Assembly (NCBI GenBank): GCA_964503115.1
Contig: CAZDAF010000001.1
Span: forward strand, 1-44,122
DNA length: 44,122 nucleotides
Source of the DNA: an uncultured bacterium
Lineage (GTDB): Bacteria > RBG-13-61-14 > CAYWKU01
Direction: 5' to 3'
Below the pieces are notes generated by a model. The model ran no database searches, had not been told where the DNA came from, and saw nothing but the letters and a program-made list of their open reading frames with translations. Of the stretch, positions 34,308-43,823 are shown piece after piece; the stretch's first letter is position 1; every line of letters starts with the position of its first letter. The translations under genes and the position numbers were made by a program.

Positions 34308-36406
34308 AACTAGCCTTTTGCGTGCATAATCATCAGCCCGTGGGGAACTTCGATTGGGTGTTTTCCGAGGCGGCCGAAAAATGTTACATGCCGTTCCTGG
34401 AGGTGATGAGCGGTCATCCCTCGATCAGGTTCAGCCTTCACACCTCAGGCCCTCTTATCGAGTGGATGGACGAAGGCGCTCCTCAATATCACGATCTTGT
34501 TCGGCGTATGGTCGCCGGCGGGCAACTGGAACTGGTCGGCGGGGGGTATTACGAGCCCATTCTTCCGATATGGCCCAAGGAGCATGCTGTTGCCCAAGTT
34601 CGGCTGATGCGGCACGAACTCGAACGACGCTACGGAGCCGAAGCGCGGGGTATGTGGCTTGCCGAGAGGGTTTGGGACCCTTCCCTACCGCAGTTATTGG
34701 CCGATGCGGAAGTGGATTACACCGTGCTCGACGACTCCCATTTCCGATACGCGGGCCTGACCGAGTCGCCGATCACGGGCCACTACCTCACCGAACGAGC
34801 GGGAGAAACGCTGACCGTATTTCCTATATCCAAAGAGATGCGCTATCTCGTTCCCTTCAAGGAGCCCGATGAAATAATGGATTTCCTCAAATCGGTGGCC
34901 GAAAAGCATCCCGGAGGGACTATTACTTACGCCGACGACGGGGAGAAGTTCGGAATATGGCCCGGGACACATGACTGGGTTTACAAAGAAGGGTGGCTCG
35001 ATCGCTTCCTCGAAGCGCTCGACCGGGCTCGAGATTGGCTTGAGGTGATACCTCTTTGCGCGGCGCTTCGTTCCCCTCCGAAAGGCAGAATATATCTGCC
35101 ATGCGCCAGTTATGAGGAAATGATGGAGTGGGCGTTGCCTTCCGAGGCCATTTTGCGCTATGAAGCGGTTCTGGGCAAAATTAAAAAAGAGGATCTATTG
35201 GAAGAAAGCAATCCTTTCCTGCGCGGTGGATTCTGGGACAATTTCCTGGTTAAATACCCCAAGAGTAACCTGATGCACAAGCGGGTGCTTTTCGCCGCCG
35301 CAGAAGTTGAAAAACACCTCGGTCCTCCCACCGACATCGACAAGCTCGGCCCGGCATGGCGGAACATCTTCCGCGCTCAATGCAACTGCGCATACTGGCA
35401 CGGGCTCTTCGGCGGCACATATCTGAACTATCTACGCCATGCTATATGGAAAAACCTGCTCGAAGCCGAAGCCGCAGTGATGAAAGAAAAAATCTCCCAA
35501 GTGCGGGTATCGACAGTTGATCTGAACATCGACGGTAAAAAAGAGGCAATCGTTTGCGACGGCGTTTCTCAATGGGGCTTTACGAAGACCGGGGCGGCAT
35601 GTTTCCTCATGGAAAGCCTCAACGGCGCTTTCGCTTTCCACAACACCATGGCCAGACGGCCCGAAGCTTATCATAAACTCAAACAAAAACCCGGTGGGGT
35701 CACCGATCACGGAGCCGACCACGTTCCCGCGTCCATACATGAAATCGACGCCGTAGTAGAAGAAAAACCGGCCTACGACCGCTTGCCCAGGTTTTCTTTT
35801 ATGGATCATTTCTTTCCCATCTCGACCGGTATAGACAATTTTATCGGGTCTACCTGGACCGAGATAGGCGATTTTGTGGAAAACGACTGGGAGGAAGAAT
35901 ATAAAGTTGATGGCGATTTGGCGGTTCTGACATATCGGAGAGAGGGCAATGTATCGAACGTGCCGGTAAGCGGCACAAAGGAATACCGATTTCACGTCAA
36001 TTCGGGTCGCGTCGATGCCCGGATTCGCTTCGATCCGAAAGATCCCTGGCCGCAGGGTTCCTATGGCCTGGCTTTCAACTTTACCCTGTTGGCGCCGGAT
36101 GCGCCCGACCGTTATTATCTCTTCGATGGTCTCCGGCCGTCGGACGCTCGTATGATCAGCGTTGACGCTATCGATGGGATCGAGCAATTCGGCGCAGTGG
36201 ACGAATACGAAGGTGTGGCACTCGAGTGGGATTTGGACAAAGCCATGGAAATATGGCGAGCACCGGTAATGACGCTTTGCCGTTCCGAAAGCGGCTTCGA
36301 AAAAATGTACCAGGGATCGTGGCTGATGGCGCTGCTACCGTTACCATCTTCCACCGATCCCATCGACTTGCGGGTCGCATTGAAAATCAAATCGAAAGGA
36401 AAGTGA
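34295..36406 (+). CDS. GH57-family 4-alpha-glucanotransferase/alpha-amylase-like protein
   Basis: Contains FCVHNHQPVGNF, MWLAERVWD (nucleophile Glu), and YADDGEKFGIWPG (acid/base Asp). The C-terminal beta-rich domains resemble the Thermococcus-type enzyme. It has a GTG start and overlaps the upstream gene by 13 nt. Confidence 0.85.
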   Translation: MERLKLAFCVHNHQPVGNFDWVFSEAAEKCYMPFLEVMSGHPSIRFSLHTSGPLIEWMDEGAPQYHDLVRRMVAGGQLELVGGGYYEPILPIWPKEHAVAQVRLMRHELERRYGAEARGMWLAERVWDPSLPQLLADAEVDYTVLDDSHFRYAGLTESPITGHYLTERAGETLTVFPISKEMRYLVPFKEPDEIMDFLKSVAEKHPGGTITYADDGEKFGIWPGTHDWVYKEGWLDRFLEALDRARDWLEVIPLCAALRSPPKGRIYLPCASYEEMMEWALPSEAILRYEAVLGKIKKEDLLEESNPFLRGGFWDNFLVKYPKSNLMHKRVLFAAAEVEKHLGPPTDIDKLGPAWRNIFRAQCNCAYWHGLFGGTYLNYLRHAIWKNLLEAEAAVMKEKISQVRVSTVDLNIDGKKEAIVCDGVSQWGFTKTGAACFLMESLNGAFAFHNTMARRPEAYHKLKQKPGGVTDHGADHVPASIHEIDAVVEEKPAYDRLPRFSFMDHFFPISTGIDNFIGSTWTEIGDFVENDWEEEYKVDGDLAVLTYRREGNVSNVPVSGTKEYRFHVNSGRVDARIRFDPKDPWPQGSYGLAFNFTLLAPDAPDRYYLFDGLRPSDARMISVDAIDGIEQFGAVDEYEGVALEWDLDKAMEIWRAPVMTLCRSESGFEKMYQGSWLMALLPLPSSTDPIDLRVALKIKSKGK

Positions 36407-36412
36407 TCGCTC

Positions 36413-38152
36413 ATGTCTGAAGGTTATATCGCTTTTGTGCTGCACTTTCACTTACCGTGGGTGCTGGGGCATGGCCGATGGCCCCATGGTGAAGACTGGT
36501 TGAATGAAGCGGCCGCCGAGTGTTATCTGCCGCTTTTGAAAACTTTCACCAGGCTGGCCGAAGACGGTATCGATGAATGTATCACTATAGGGCTTACGCC
36601 TGTGCTGTCCGAGCAGCTATCCTCGACTTATTTCCACGAACAGTTTTCCGCCTATCTGGATCGCAAGATGGACTCTGCGGCAGAGGATTTGCGTCGCTTT
36701 GAAAAAGAAGGCCGCTCCGAGATGGCCGCTCTTGCGGTGATGTGGCGCGATTTCTTCGAGGACCTCAAAGGATATTTTACGGAATCCATCAAGGGTGACA
36801 TGATGGGGAAGTTCCGTTCCCTTCAGGACAGTGGTGTGATAGAAATCATCACCAGCGCCGCTACGCACGGTTTTTTACCTCTCATTGCCGAAGATGGTGC
36901 TATAAAGGGCCAGGTATGGTCGGGAGTGGAAACCTATAAGCGGCGATATGGGGTGGGGCCTCGAGGGTTCTGGCTGCCGGAGTGCGCTTACCGGCCAGGA
37001 CAAAGTAACTGGATGGAACCGGCGGGCCGGGTGCGGCAACCGAGATACCGTGCCGGCATCGAGTCGTTTTTGCGCAGCGCCGGTATCGAATACACGCTGG
37101 TGGATTCTCACATGATAATGCGCGGCGCTCACCACGGCCCCGCGCGATGGCGCCCATACGTAGGCGCATCGGGGGACCCTTTCAGGAAAAAGTTGCGCGA
37201 CGGATTGCCGCCGCCTATTCCGAGATTGGGTGCCGGGACTGTTGAAGACGGTCGGTCTCCATACCGCCCTTACGAGCTTGTGGGCTCGGCGGATGAAGAC
37301 GACATAGGCGTTTGCGTTTTCGTGCGGGATCCTCGCACCAGCCTGCAGGTTTGGAGCGGCCAATGGGGATACCCGGGAGACGGCCGTTATCTCGAGTTCC
37401 ATAAAAAGCACTGGCCCGGTGGGCACCGATACTGGCGGGTAACCGACCCGAAGGCCGATTTAGGGGACAAACAGGTATACGAGCCGGCATGGGCCGAAGA
37501 CGCTCTCGGTTTGCAAGCCCATCATTTCGTCCAACTGGTTAAGGAAGTAGTCGCTTCCGCCTCAGACCGTACCGCCGTCCCGCCGGTGGTTGTTTGCCCA
37601 TTCGACGCGGAGTTGTTCGGACACTGGTGGTTTGAGGGCCCGCGATGGATCGAGGCTGTCGTGCGCAGCTTCGCCGCCGACCCGGAGGTAAAACCCGCCA
37701 CACTGGGAAGTTACCTCGACAGCTTCCCGCCTTCCGAGCGAATAGCTTTGCCGGAAGGATCTTGGGGGGACGGCGGCGACGACCGCGTCTGGCTCAATCA
37801 GGACACAACCTGGACATGGGAAAAGGTCTACGAGGTTGAGCGACGGACGGCGGAACTGATTCGCACCGTTTCTTTCCCAAACGACGATTTGAAACGCGTA
37901 TTGTTTCAACTTGTGAGAGAACAATTACTGCTCGAGGCAAGCGATTGGCAGTTCCTCATAACTACCGGAACGGCACGCGACTATGCTGAAGAAAGATTGA
38001 TGATCCACTACCGCGATGCAATCAGGCTGTTGGAGATGGTGCAGTCCACTATGTCCACCGGAAGGATAAACGAAACCGACGGGGTGGAACTTGAAAGTAT
38101 CGAGCGGCGTGACGCCTGCTTTAGTGCGATAGACGCCGATTGGTGGAAATAG
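36413..38152 (+). CDS. GH57-family 1,4-alpha-glucan branching enzyme-like protein
   Basis: Contains FVLHFHLPWV, FWLPECAY (nucleophile Glu) and CPFDAELFGHWWFEG (acid/base Asp). The helical C-terminal domain (EASDWQFLITTG) is typical of GH57 branching enzymes. Confidence 0.85.
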   Translation: MSEGYIAFVLHFHLPWVLGHGRWPHGEDWLNEAAAECYLPLLKTFTRLAEDGIDECITIGLTPVLSEQLSSTYFHEQFSAYLDRKMDSAAEDLRRFEKEGRSEMAALAVMWRDFFEDLKGYFTESIKGDMMGKFRSLQDSGVIEIITSAATHGFLPLIAEDGAIKGQVWSGVETYKRRYGVGPRGFWLPECAYRPGQSNWMEPAGRVRQPRYRAGIESFLRSAGIEYTLVDSHMIMRGAHHGPARWRPYVGASGDPFRKKLRDGLPPPIPRLGAGTVEDGRSPYRPYELVGSADEDDIGVCVFVRDPRTSLQVWSGQWGYPGDGRYLEFHKKHWPGGHRYWRVTDPKADLGDKQVYEPAWAEDALGLQAHHFVQLVKEVVASASDRTAVPPVVVCPFDAELFGHWWFEGPRWIEAVVRSFAADPEVKPATLGSYLDSFPPSERIALPEGSWGDGGDDRVWLNQDTTWTWEKVYEVERRTAELIRTVSFPNDDLKRVLFQLVREQLLLEASDWQFLITTGTARDYAEERLMIHYRDAIRLLEMVQSTMSTGRINETDGVELESIERRDACFSAIDADWWK

Positions 38153-38183
38153 GACTATTCATGTTGCATGGAGGCGAGGAAAT

Positions 38184-39188
38184 ATGCCGGAATTGAGAAA
38201 AGATCCCATCGTGGGACGGTGGGTGATTATCAGCACGGAGCGATCCAAACGGCCGCGCGATTACAATATCTCAACAGCGCGTGTGAGCGAGGTAGGTTTT
38301 TGCCCGTTTTGTCCCGGGAACGAGGCGTCCACGCCGCCGGAGGTATTGGCCTATCGTGATGCGGACTCTTCGCCGAACAGTCCCGGGTGGAGCCTGCGCG
38401 TTATTCCCAATAAGTTCCCCGCTCTTAAGGTGGAGGGTGATATTGAAAGAGTGGGGGAAGGCGTCTACGACAGGATGAGCGGCGTCGGCGCCCATGAGGT
38501 TATTATCGAAAGCCCGGATCACAACAAAACGATGGCGGACCTGTCACTGGAAGAAATGGGAAACGTCATGTTGGCCTTCCGGGAGCGTATCGTGGATCTC
38601 AAGCGGGACTCGCGCCTGAGATATATCCTTATTTTCAAGAATCACGGCGCGGCCGCCGGCGCCAGCCTCGAACATACTCACAGCCAGCTTATAGCGCTGC
38701 CCATTATACCGAAAAACGTCGCCGAGGAGTTGGCGGGCACCAAGAATTACCACGACCTGAAGGAACGGTGCATTTTCTGCGATATGATACGCCAAGAGGC
38801 AAGGGACGGAGACCGCGTTGTTTTGGAAAATGAGAACTTCCTTGTTATCTGTCCTTACGCGCCGCGATTTCCGTTCGAGACGTGGGTGTTGCCTAAAAAG
38901 CATTATTCAAATTTTGAGATGTTGCCGGAAGAGGAGCTTCAAAGTCTCGCGAGCATCTTGTCCAGAACGTTGAAGAAACTCGCCGTCGGCCTCAACGGGC
39001 CTCCCTACAATTTCCTCCTGCATACCGGTCCGACCAACACCGACAAGGACACTTCCCACTATCACTGGCATTTTGAAATAATGCCTACCTTGACCAAGGT
39101 AGCCGGATTTGAATGGGGTACGGGGTTTTACATCAATCACACCCCGCCGGAAGATGCAGCGGCATACTTGCGGAGCCTCGAGGAATGA
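38184..39188 (+). CDS. galT: GalT-family nucleotidyltransferase (galactose-1-phosphate uridylyltransferase / possible ADP-glucose phosphorylase type)
   Basis: Contains LRKDPIVGRWVIIS, the Zn site CPFCPGNE and the active site EHTHSQL (HxHxQ). GGAGG is upstream. Confidence 0.85.
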   Translation: MPELRKDPIVGRWVIISTERSKRPRDYNISTARVSEVGFCPFCPGNEASTPPEVLAYRDADSSPNSPGWSLRVIPNKFPALKVEGDIERVGEGVYDRMSGVGAHEVIIESPDHNKTMADLSLEEMGNVMLAFRERIVDLKRDSRLRYILIFKNHGAAAGASLEHTHSQLIALPIIPKNVAEELAGTKNYHDLKERCIFCDMIRQEARDGDRVVLENENFLVICPYAPRFPFETWVLPKKHYSNFEMLPEEELQSLASILSRTLKKLAVGLNGPPYNFLLHTGPTNTDKDTSHYHWHFEIMPTLTKVAGFEWGTGFYINHTPPEDAAAYLRSLEE

Positions 39189-39829
39189 GCGACGTTGTTT
39201 TTTCCGTTTCCGGCGGGCTTTACGCTATACTTGACGACTCCATTGTTCCCGGGGGAGATTGGTCCGGGGCGGCCAGGGATCTCCTGGTTGGAGGAGCCCG
39301 CGTGATTCAGATTCGAGCTAAGAGCATGGAGGCGGGTGACATGCTCCGCGCGACTCGAGCTGTCGCGGCTCAATGCAGGGACTTCGGCGCAACTTTTATA
39401 GTTAATGACCGTGCGGATGTCGCTCTGATCTCCGGCGCGATGGGTGTACATGTGGGGCAGGAAGATTTGCCGGTGCATGCATGTCGAAAGGTTCTGGGCG
39501 ACCGGGCCATAATCGGCGTTTCGACCCACTCGATGGAAGAAGCCGGCGCCGCTATCAATGACGGCGCCGATTACATAGGCTACGGCGCAATATACCCGAC
39601 GGACACCAAGGGCAAGGGGGTCGCTGCTCGAGGAGTTGAATCGCTTGCGGCGATAGTGAAAACGGCGCCCATTCCAGTGGTGGCTATCGGCGGCATAGGG
39701 CCGGAGAATGTCGCAGCGGTGAAAGCCGCCGGTGCGAGTGCGGCGGCGGTTATCAGCTCGCTGGCCGCCAATGGCGATTTGAAGGAAGGAGCGGAATCCA
39801 TGATCCGCGCATGGGAGAATGCAAAATGA
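39185..39829 (+). CDS. thiE: Thiamine-phosphate synthase
   Basis: Contains LYAILDD, VIQIRAK, FIVNDRADVAL, GVHVGQEDLP, IGVSTH, YIGYGAIYPT.TK and VVAIGGI. Its start overlaps the galT stop (ATGA). Confidence 0.85.
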   Translation: MSDVVFSVSGGLYAILDDSIVPGGDWSGAARDLLVGGARVIQIRAKSMEAGDMLRATRAVAAQCRDFGATFIVNDRADVALISGAMGVHVGQEDLPVHACRKVLGDRAIIGVSTHSMEEAGAAINDGADYIGYGAIYPTDTKGKGVAARGVESLAAIVKTAPIPVVAIGGIGPENVAAVKAAGASAAAVISSLAANGDLKEGAESMIRAWENAK

Positions 39830-40608
39830 CACAGCCGAGGTTACTGGTAATATCCGCGCTCGACCCTTCCGCCGGGGCGGGCATGCTTATGGACTTGAAA
39901 GCAGGTTGCGCGGCTGGAGCACAGGTGGTCGCCGCCATTACGGCGATAACGGTGCAGGGCCCTAAAGGAATCCGGGCGGTGCATCCTGTCGATAGCGACC
40001 TATTGGCCGCACAACTCGAAACGTTAGCGGACGAATTGCCGCTGGGAGCGGTAAAGATCGGCGCCCTTGCGAGTGAGGATAACGTCAATGAGGTGGCACG
40101 ATTCTTGCGCAAAGTGCCACAGTTGCCGGTATTGCTCGATCCGGTGATAAAACCCTCTCGAGGCGTGCAGCTTTTACCCTCCGGCGCAATAACCGCTTTA
40201 ACGCGCAAACTGCTGCCGGTGGCGACCGTGGTCACCCCCAACCGTCACGAGGCTGTAGAGTTGACTGGTATCGAAGTATCGGACGAAAAATCGATGGTGG
40301 CCGCAGGCAGGGCATTGGTCAGGTTGATGCGAGGCGGTGACGACGGGTGGGCGCTTATAAAAGGTGGCCATCTCGATGGCCCGCCGGTTGACGTACTGGT
40401 GGGAAGAGACATAATTCGCCGGTATCGCGGCAAGAGGCGTCCCGGAGAGTTCCGAGGCACGGGCTGCGCGCTGGCAAGCGCTGTCGCAGCCAAGATGTCG
40501 CTCGGCATGGAAGTTCCCGAGGCGGTCGCTCGAGCGCGAAGAATGCTCATAAGGTGGATGGACAAAGCGGCCATTATCCCGGGTAAGCCCACTTGTCTCC
40601 ATCCTTAA
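39826..40608 (+). CDS. thiD: Hydroxymethylpyrimidine/phosphomethylpyrimidine kinase
   Basis: Contains VISALDPSAGAGMLMDLKA, ITVQ, VKIGALAS, VLLDPV, TPNRHEA, IKGGH and the GTGCALASAVAA anion-hole motif. Its start overlaps the thiE stop (ATGA). The alternative start is at 39811. Confidence 0.85.
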   Translation: MTQPRLLVISALDPSAGAGMLMDLKAGCAAGAQVVAAITAITVQGPKGIRAVHPVDSDLLAAQLETLADELPLGAVKIGALASEDNVNEVARFLRKVPQLPVLLDPVIKPSRGVQLLPSGAITALTRKLLPVATVVTPNRHEAVELTGIEVSDEKSMVAAGRALVRLMRGGDDGWALIKGGHLDGPPVDVLVGRDIIRRYRGKRRPGEFRGTGCALASAVAAKMSLGMEVPEAVARARRMLIRWMDKAAIIPGKPTCLHP

Positions 40609-40620
40609 CGGGAAAAAACT

Positions 40621-41175
40621 TTGAAAAAGGTTGGAGTCATAGCGGATACCCACGGTAATCTTGATCCCAATGCCGTTGAAATATTTCAGGGCGCCGACCT
40701 CATCCTCCACGGGGGAGACATCGGATCCATCGAAGTTATCAACTCTCTCGAAGAAATAGCGCCCGTGGTCGCCGTGAGCGGTAACCACGAGGACGAGCGG
40801 ACGGCCGTTTACGACTGGATTACGACGGTCGAGGTCGAGGGAATAAAAATAGCGCTGACTCACCGCTTCTTTCCCCTGAACATGGAGCAGGTCGTCAACA
40901 TGCCACCGGGATGGCAACGGATAATGGGAGTGGACGGTGTACGGGTCCTGGTCTTCGGCCACAGCCACGAACCGCTTTGCTCGGAGGGAGGAGGCATACT
41001 TTATTATAACCCCGGTTATGCCGGGCCGGACATGACGGAACCACTCCGCACCGTCGGGGTACTTTACATCGACGGCGGGGATGTTTGTGCGAAAACCTAC
41101 TTCCTGTCGCCGCCGCCGCGGCCCGAATACCTGGATAAGGCCTTGACTTTTAAGCTTTCCGCCGAAGTTGAGTGA
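40621..41175 (+). CDS. YfcE/MJ0936-family metallophosphoesterase
   Basis: Contains VGVIADTHGN, ILHGGDI, SGNHE and FGHSHEP. TTG start. Confidence 0.8.
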   Translation: MKKVGVIADTHGNLDPNAVEIFQGADLILHGGDIGSIEVINSLEEIAPVVAVSGNHEDERTAVYDWITTVEVEGIKIALTHRFFPLNMEQVVNMPPGWQRIMGVDGVRVLVFGHSHEPLCSEGGGILYYNPGYAGPDMTEPLRTVGVLYIDGGDVCAKTYFLSPPPRPEYLDKALTFKLSAEVE

Positions 41176-41309
41176 GCCGTTTTGGGTATTTGACATATGG
41201 GATGAAGGATATCAGCCTATAAAAGTTACAGAAATTTCTCATTATACGGAGTCTAAATGAAAGCCTCGTGAAAAATCCATTTTTCGGGAGGATTATCAAA
41301 GTTTAGAAA

Positions 41310-42464
41310 ATGTCTGTGTCTAAGATATTAGGGTATCTTTTTAAGGGGCAAATACCGCCACCAGGTTATTTATCCGATCAAGTACTCGATGCTCTGGCCG
41401 GTTTCAGCAGTTATCGAGCGCGTCGTTCCAGGCTGAGCACCATCGAACGACTGATAACCACTATGAGGCACAAGGAGCCGGATCACGTACCCTGTGCGCC
41501 ATTGCTGGGTGGAGTTTACAGGCAGCTTACCGGTGTTTCGTTTTTCGACTTTTCAACTAAAGCTGATGTGGCTATTGAAGCGGGCTTGCTCGGAGCGGAT
41601 ATGATAGGCGGTGACGTTTTGCTACTTGGGCTGGACCTAACAGTCGAAGCATCCGATTTCGGACAAGCCACCATATACCCCGAAAATTCCACCGCACACC
41701 CCGATTATTCAAATCCGCTTATTCGAGATCACACTGATTACAGGAAATTAAAGAAAATTGATATTAAAAACGCACCGCGCATGCAGAGAGTTATCGAGAT
41801 GGCCCGCAGAGCGATCAGGGAAAAAGGTCTCACGGCGGTGTTTGTTCCCGTAGTTTCCAGTCCACTGTCGGTACTCGGGATGATGAGAAGCGCGGAGGAG
41901 GTTTTCAAGGATTGTGTACTCTACCCGGCGGACGTGATGGCTGCCCTGGAGACGGTCACGGCGGTGCTGATTGATTACATTAACGCACTATGTGATACCG
42001 GGTTGATCATAATAGCGCCCGATATGTTGTTCGCAGCAAAAAGTGGGATTGGAAAGGAAATCTGGGAAAAAATTGAGGGCCCGTTTGGCAGAGAAATAGC
42101 CGATGCGATCCATCGACGAAAATGTTTAGTGGCTATACACAACTGCGGCGATGGCCCGTATTTCGATTCCATGATGCGCTTTATGAAACCCGAGGCAATT
42201 TCTTTTGCAAGATTACCGGACGACTGCAAAACCAGGAAAGAACTCAAAAAGCGATATGGCGATCGGGTTATTTTAATCGGTAACGTAGAGACTTCAATTC
42301 TCTACCGCGGCACTCCTCATGAAGTAATGGAAGAATGCAAAAAAGTCATAGACGACCTTGCCGATGGAGGCGGCTTTATTCTGGCCCCCGGGTGCGAATA
42401 TCCACCAAACGCCAATCTTTTAAACGCCATCATTATGGTTCAAGCGGCACAGATTTACGGGTGA
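41310..42464 (+). CDS. Uroporphyrinogen-decarboxylase (URO-D) family protein, MtaA/CmuA-like corrinoid methyltransferase candidate
   Basis: Length and pattern (EPDHVPCAPLLGG..., FDFSTKADVAIEAGL..., IHNCGD..., NVETSILYRGTPHEVMEECKKVID, GGFILAPGCEYPPNA) fit the URO-D TIM-barrel family. It is adjacent to a corrinoid protein. Confidence 0.75.
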   Translation: MSVSKILGYLFKGQIPPPGYLSDQVLDALAGFSSYRARRSRLSTIERLITTMRHKEPDHVPCAPLLGGVYRQLTGVSFFDFSTKADVAIEAGLLGADMIGGDVLLLGLDLTVEASDFGQATIYPENSTAHPDYSNPLIRDHTDYRKLKKIDIKNAPRMQRVIEMARRAIREKGLTAVFVPVVSSPLSVLGMMRSAEEVFKDCVLYPADVMAALETVTAVLIDYINALCDTGLIIIAPDMLFAAKSGIGKEIWEKIEGPFGREIADAIHRRKCLVAIHNCGDGPYFDSMMRFMKPEAISFARLPDDCKTRKELKKRYGDRVILIGNVETSILYRGTPHEVMEECKKVIDDLADGGGFILAPGCEYPPNANLLNAIIMVQAAQIYG

Positions 42465-42471
42465 AGCGGAA

Positions 42472-43134
42472 GTGGAAATGGAAGACAAACAGAAATTACT
42501 TACCGGCCTCGAAAAGGCCGTCCGGGAGCATAACTCTGAGGAGTTAAATAGGTGTTTGGGCGCAGCCTTTGAAACCGCCATAGTTGAAGATGAATTGCGG
42601 CTGGCGCTATTCCGTGGATTGGAACGTCAGCGGCGCAGAATGATGACCGACGATGTGCCGGTTCCGCATTTTCTGCTTTCACTTGACACTGTCCATGAGG
42701 GTTTTAAGAGAATTTCGTTGCATCTTGGAAGAGAACCCGGACATGGAACTCCGCTGGTTATAGGTGTAGTTGAAGGGGATCCACACGATCTGGGTAAAAA
42801 CATCATTGCCAAGGTTTATGAAGCAAGCAGTTATCGAGTTTACGATCTTGGTCGTGAAGTTTCAGTGGATGCCTTTATTCGTAATGTACAAGAAAAAGAG
42901 GCAAAAGTCCTTGCACTGTCGGCCATGATGTCAACTACCATGGCGATGATGCCGGAAATCATTCGCCGCGTAAAGGAAGAAACGCCCGGCACGGTTATCA
43001 TGGTTGGCGGAGCACCACTGGACACGGCTCTCGCCAAAAGTTTCGGGGCGGACGGTTACGCAGAGTCCGCCGTTACGCTTCTGGAACAGACTGAGGCCGC
43101 CATCGAGAGGGTTTCAGCCGGTGAACCATGGTAA
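42472..43134 (+). CDS. Cobalamin-binding corrinoid protein (B12-binding cap plus Rossmann domain, MtaC/MtbC/MetH-B12 type)
   Basis: Contains the DxHxxG motif (GDPHDLGKNI), then SAMMSTTM and MVGGAP. The start is either the GTG at 42472 or the ATG at 42478. Confidence 0.85.
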   Translation: MEMEDKQKLLTGLEKAVREHNSEELNRCLGAAFETAIVEDELRLALFRGLERQRRRMMTDDVPVPHFLLSLDTVHEGFKRISLHLGREPGHGTPLVIGVVEGDPHDLGKNIIAKVYEASSYRVYDLGREVSVDAFIRNVQEKEAKVLALSAMMSTTMAMMPEIIRRVKEETPGTVIMVGGAPLDTALAKSFGADGYAESAVTLLEQTEAAIERVSAGEPW

Positions 43135-43823
43135 TAGTCGAGCCGGTTCTAAATACCGATAATCTTACCAAGCTCCGTAACAACGTACTTTCCAAACTGG
43201 GCTATGATGATAATTTTGCGGAAAACAGCGATGTGAAGTGTCTGGTGGATAAATCCATTCAGACGCTCACAGGCGACATCGAAGCGAAGGGTGTATATCG
43301 TTTTGTGCCGGCAGCCGGGGTGAAGAAAAATGAAATCGCGTTCGAGAACGGCAGTATTAATAGTCACATGTTCGCCCGGTTGGTTGATCGCTGCGGGGGG
43401 AAGAAATTTATTGTGTTTATGATAGCTACCGCGGGTGAGGAATGGAAGAAGAATTTAACACCCGGCGATTCCATTTATCTTCAAATGGTATTCGATACTT
43501 TGGGTTCGGAGCTGGCTGAAGTTGTAGCCGATATGGTGGAGGAGCGGTGGAGAGAGGAAGCGGATCAACGTGGCCTCATGGCCAGTTGGAGATTCAGCCC
43601 GGGTTATTGTGATTGGGACTTAAAAGAGCAGAACGTGATATTTAAAATGCTGGATGCGGATAAAATAGGGGTTAAGCTCAGCCCTCATTACGTGATGACG
43701 CCCTCGAAATCCGTTTCCGCGATAGCAGTAATGGCCGATAATGTTCCCGTGCTTGCGCCTTGCAGCTTTTGCGCAAAGGATTGCATTTGGAGAAGGTTGC
43801 CCCAAAATCAACCGACACCATAG
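43128..43823 (+). CDS. Stand-alone methionine-synthase-type (MetH) activation/reactivation domain-like protein
   Basis: Contains LSKLGYDD near the N-terminus, FDTLGSELAE, RFSPGYCDWDL.EQ..IF.MLDADKIGVKLS....MTPSKSVSAIAVM and a terminal CSFCAKDC. This matches short 'vitamin B12 dependent methionine synthase activation region' proteins as I recall them. It overlaps the corrinoid gene by 7 nt. Confidence 0.65.
   Translation: MVIVEPVLNTDNLTKLRNNVLSKLGYDDNFAENSDVKCLVDKSIQTLTGDIEAKGVYRFVPAAGVKKNEIAFENGSINSHMFARLVDRCGGKKFIVFMIATAGEEWKKNLTPGDSIYLQMVFDTLGSELAEVVADMVEERWREEADQRGLMASWRFSPGYCDWDLKEQNVIFKMLDADKIGVKLSPHYVMTPSKSVSAIAVMADNVPVLAPCSFCAKDCIWRRLPQNQPTP

Noticed and set aside
41176-41309. I looked for a cobalamin riboswitch upstream of the corrinoid module and a TPP riboswitch upstream of thiE/thiD.
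   Set aside because: I could find no B12-box-like (GCCACTG-type) core in the cobalamin leader, and no THI-box (CTGAGA...ACCTGA-type) core upstream of thiE. The leader is only 134 nt and AT-rich. A covariance-model scan would be needed to be certain.
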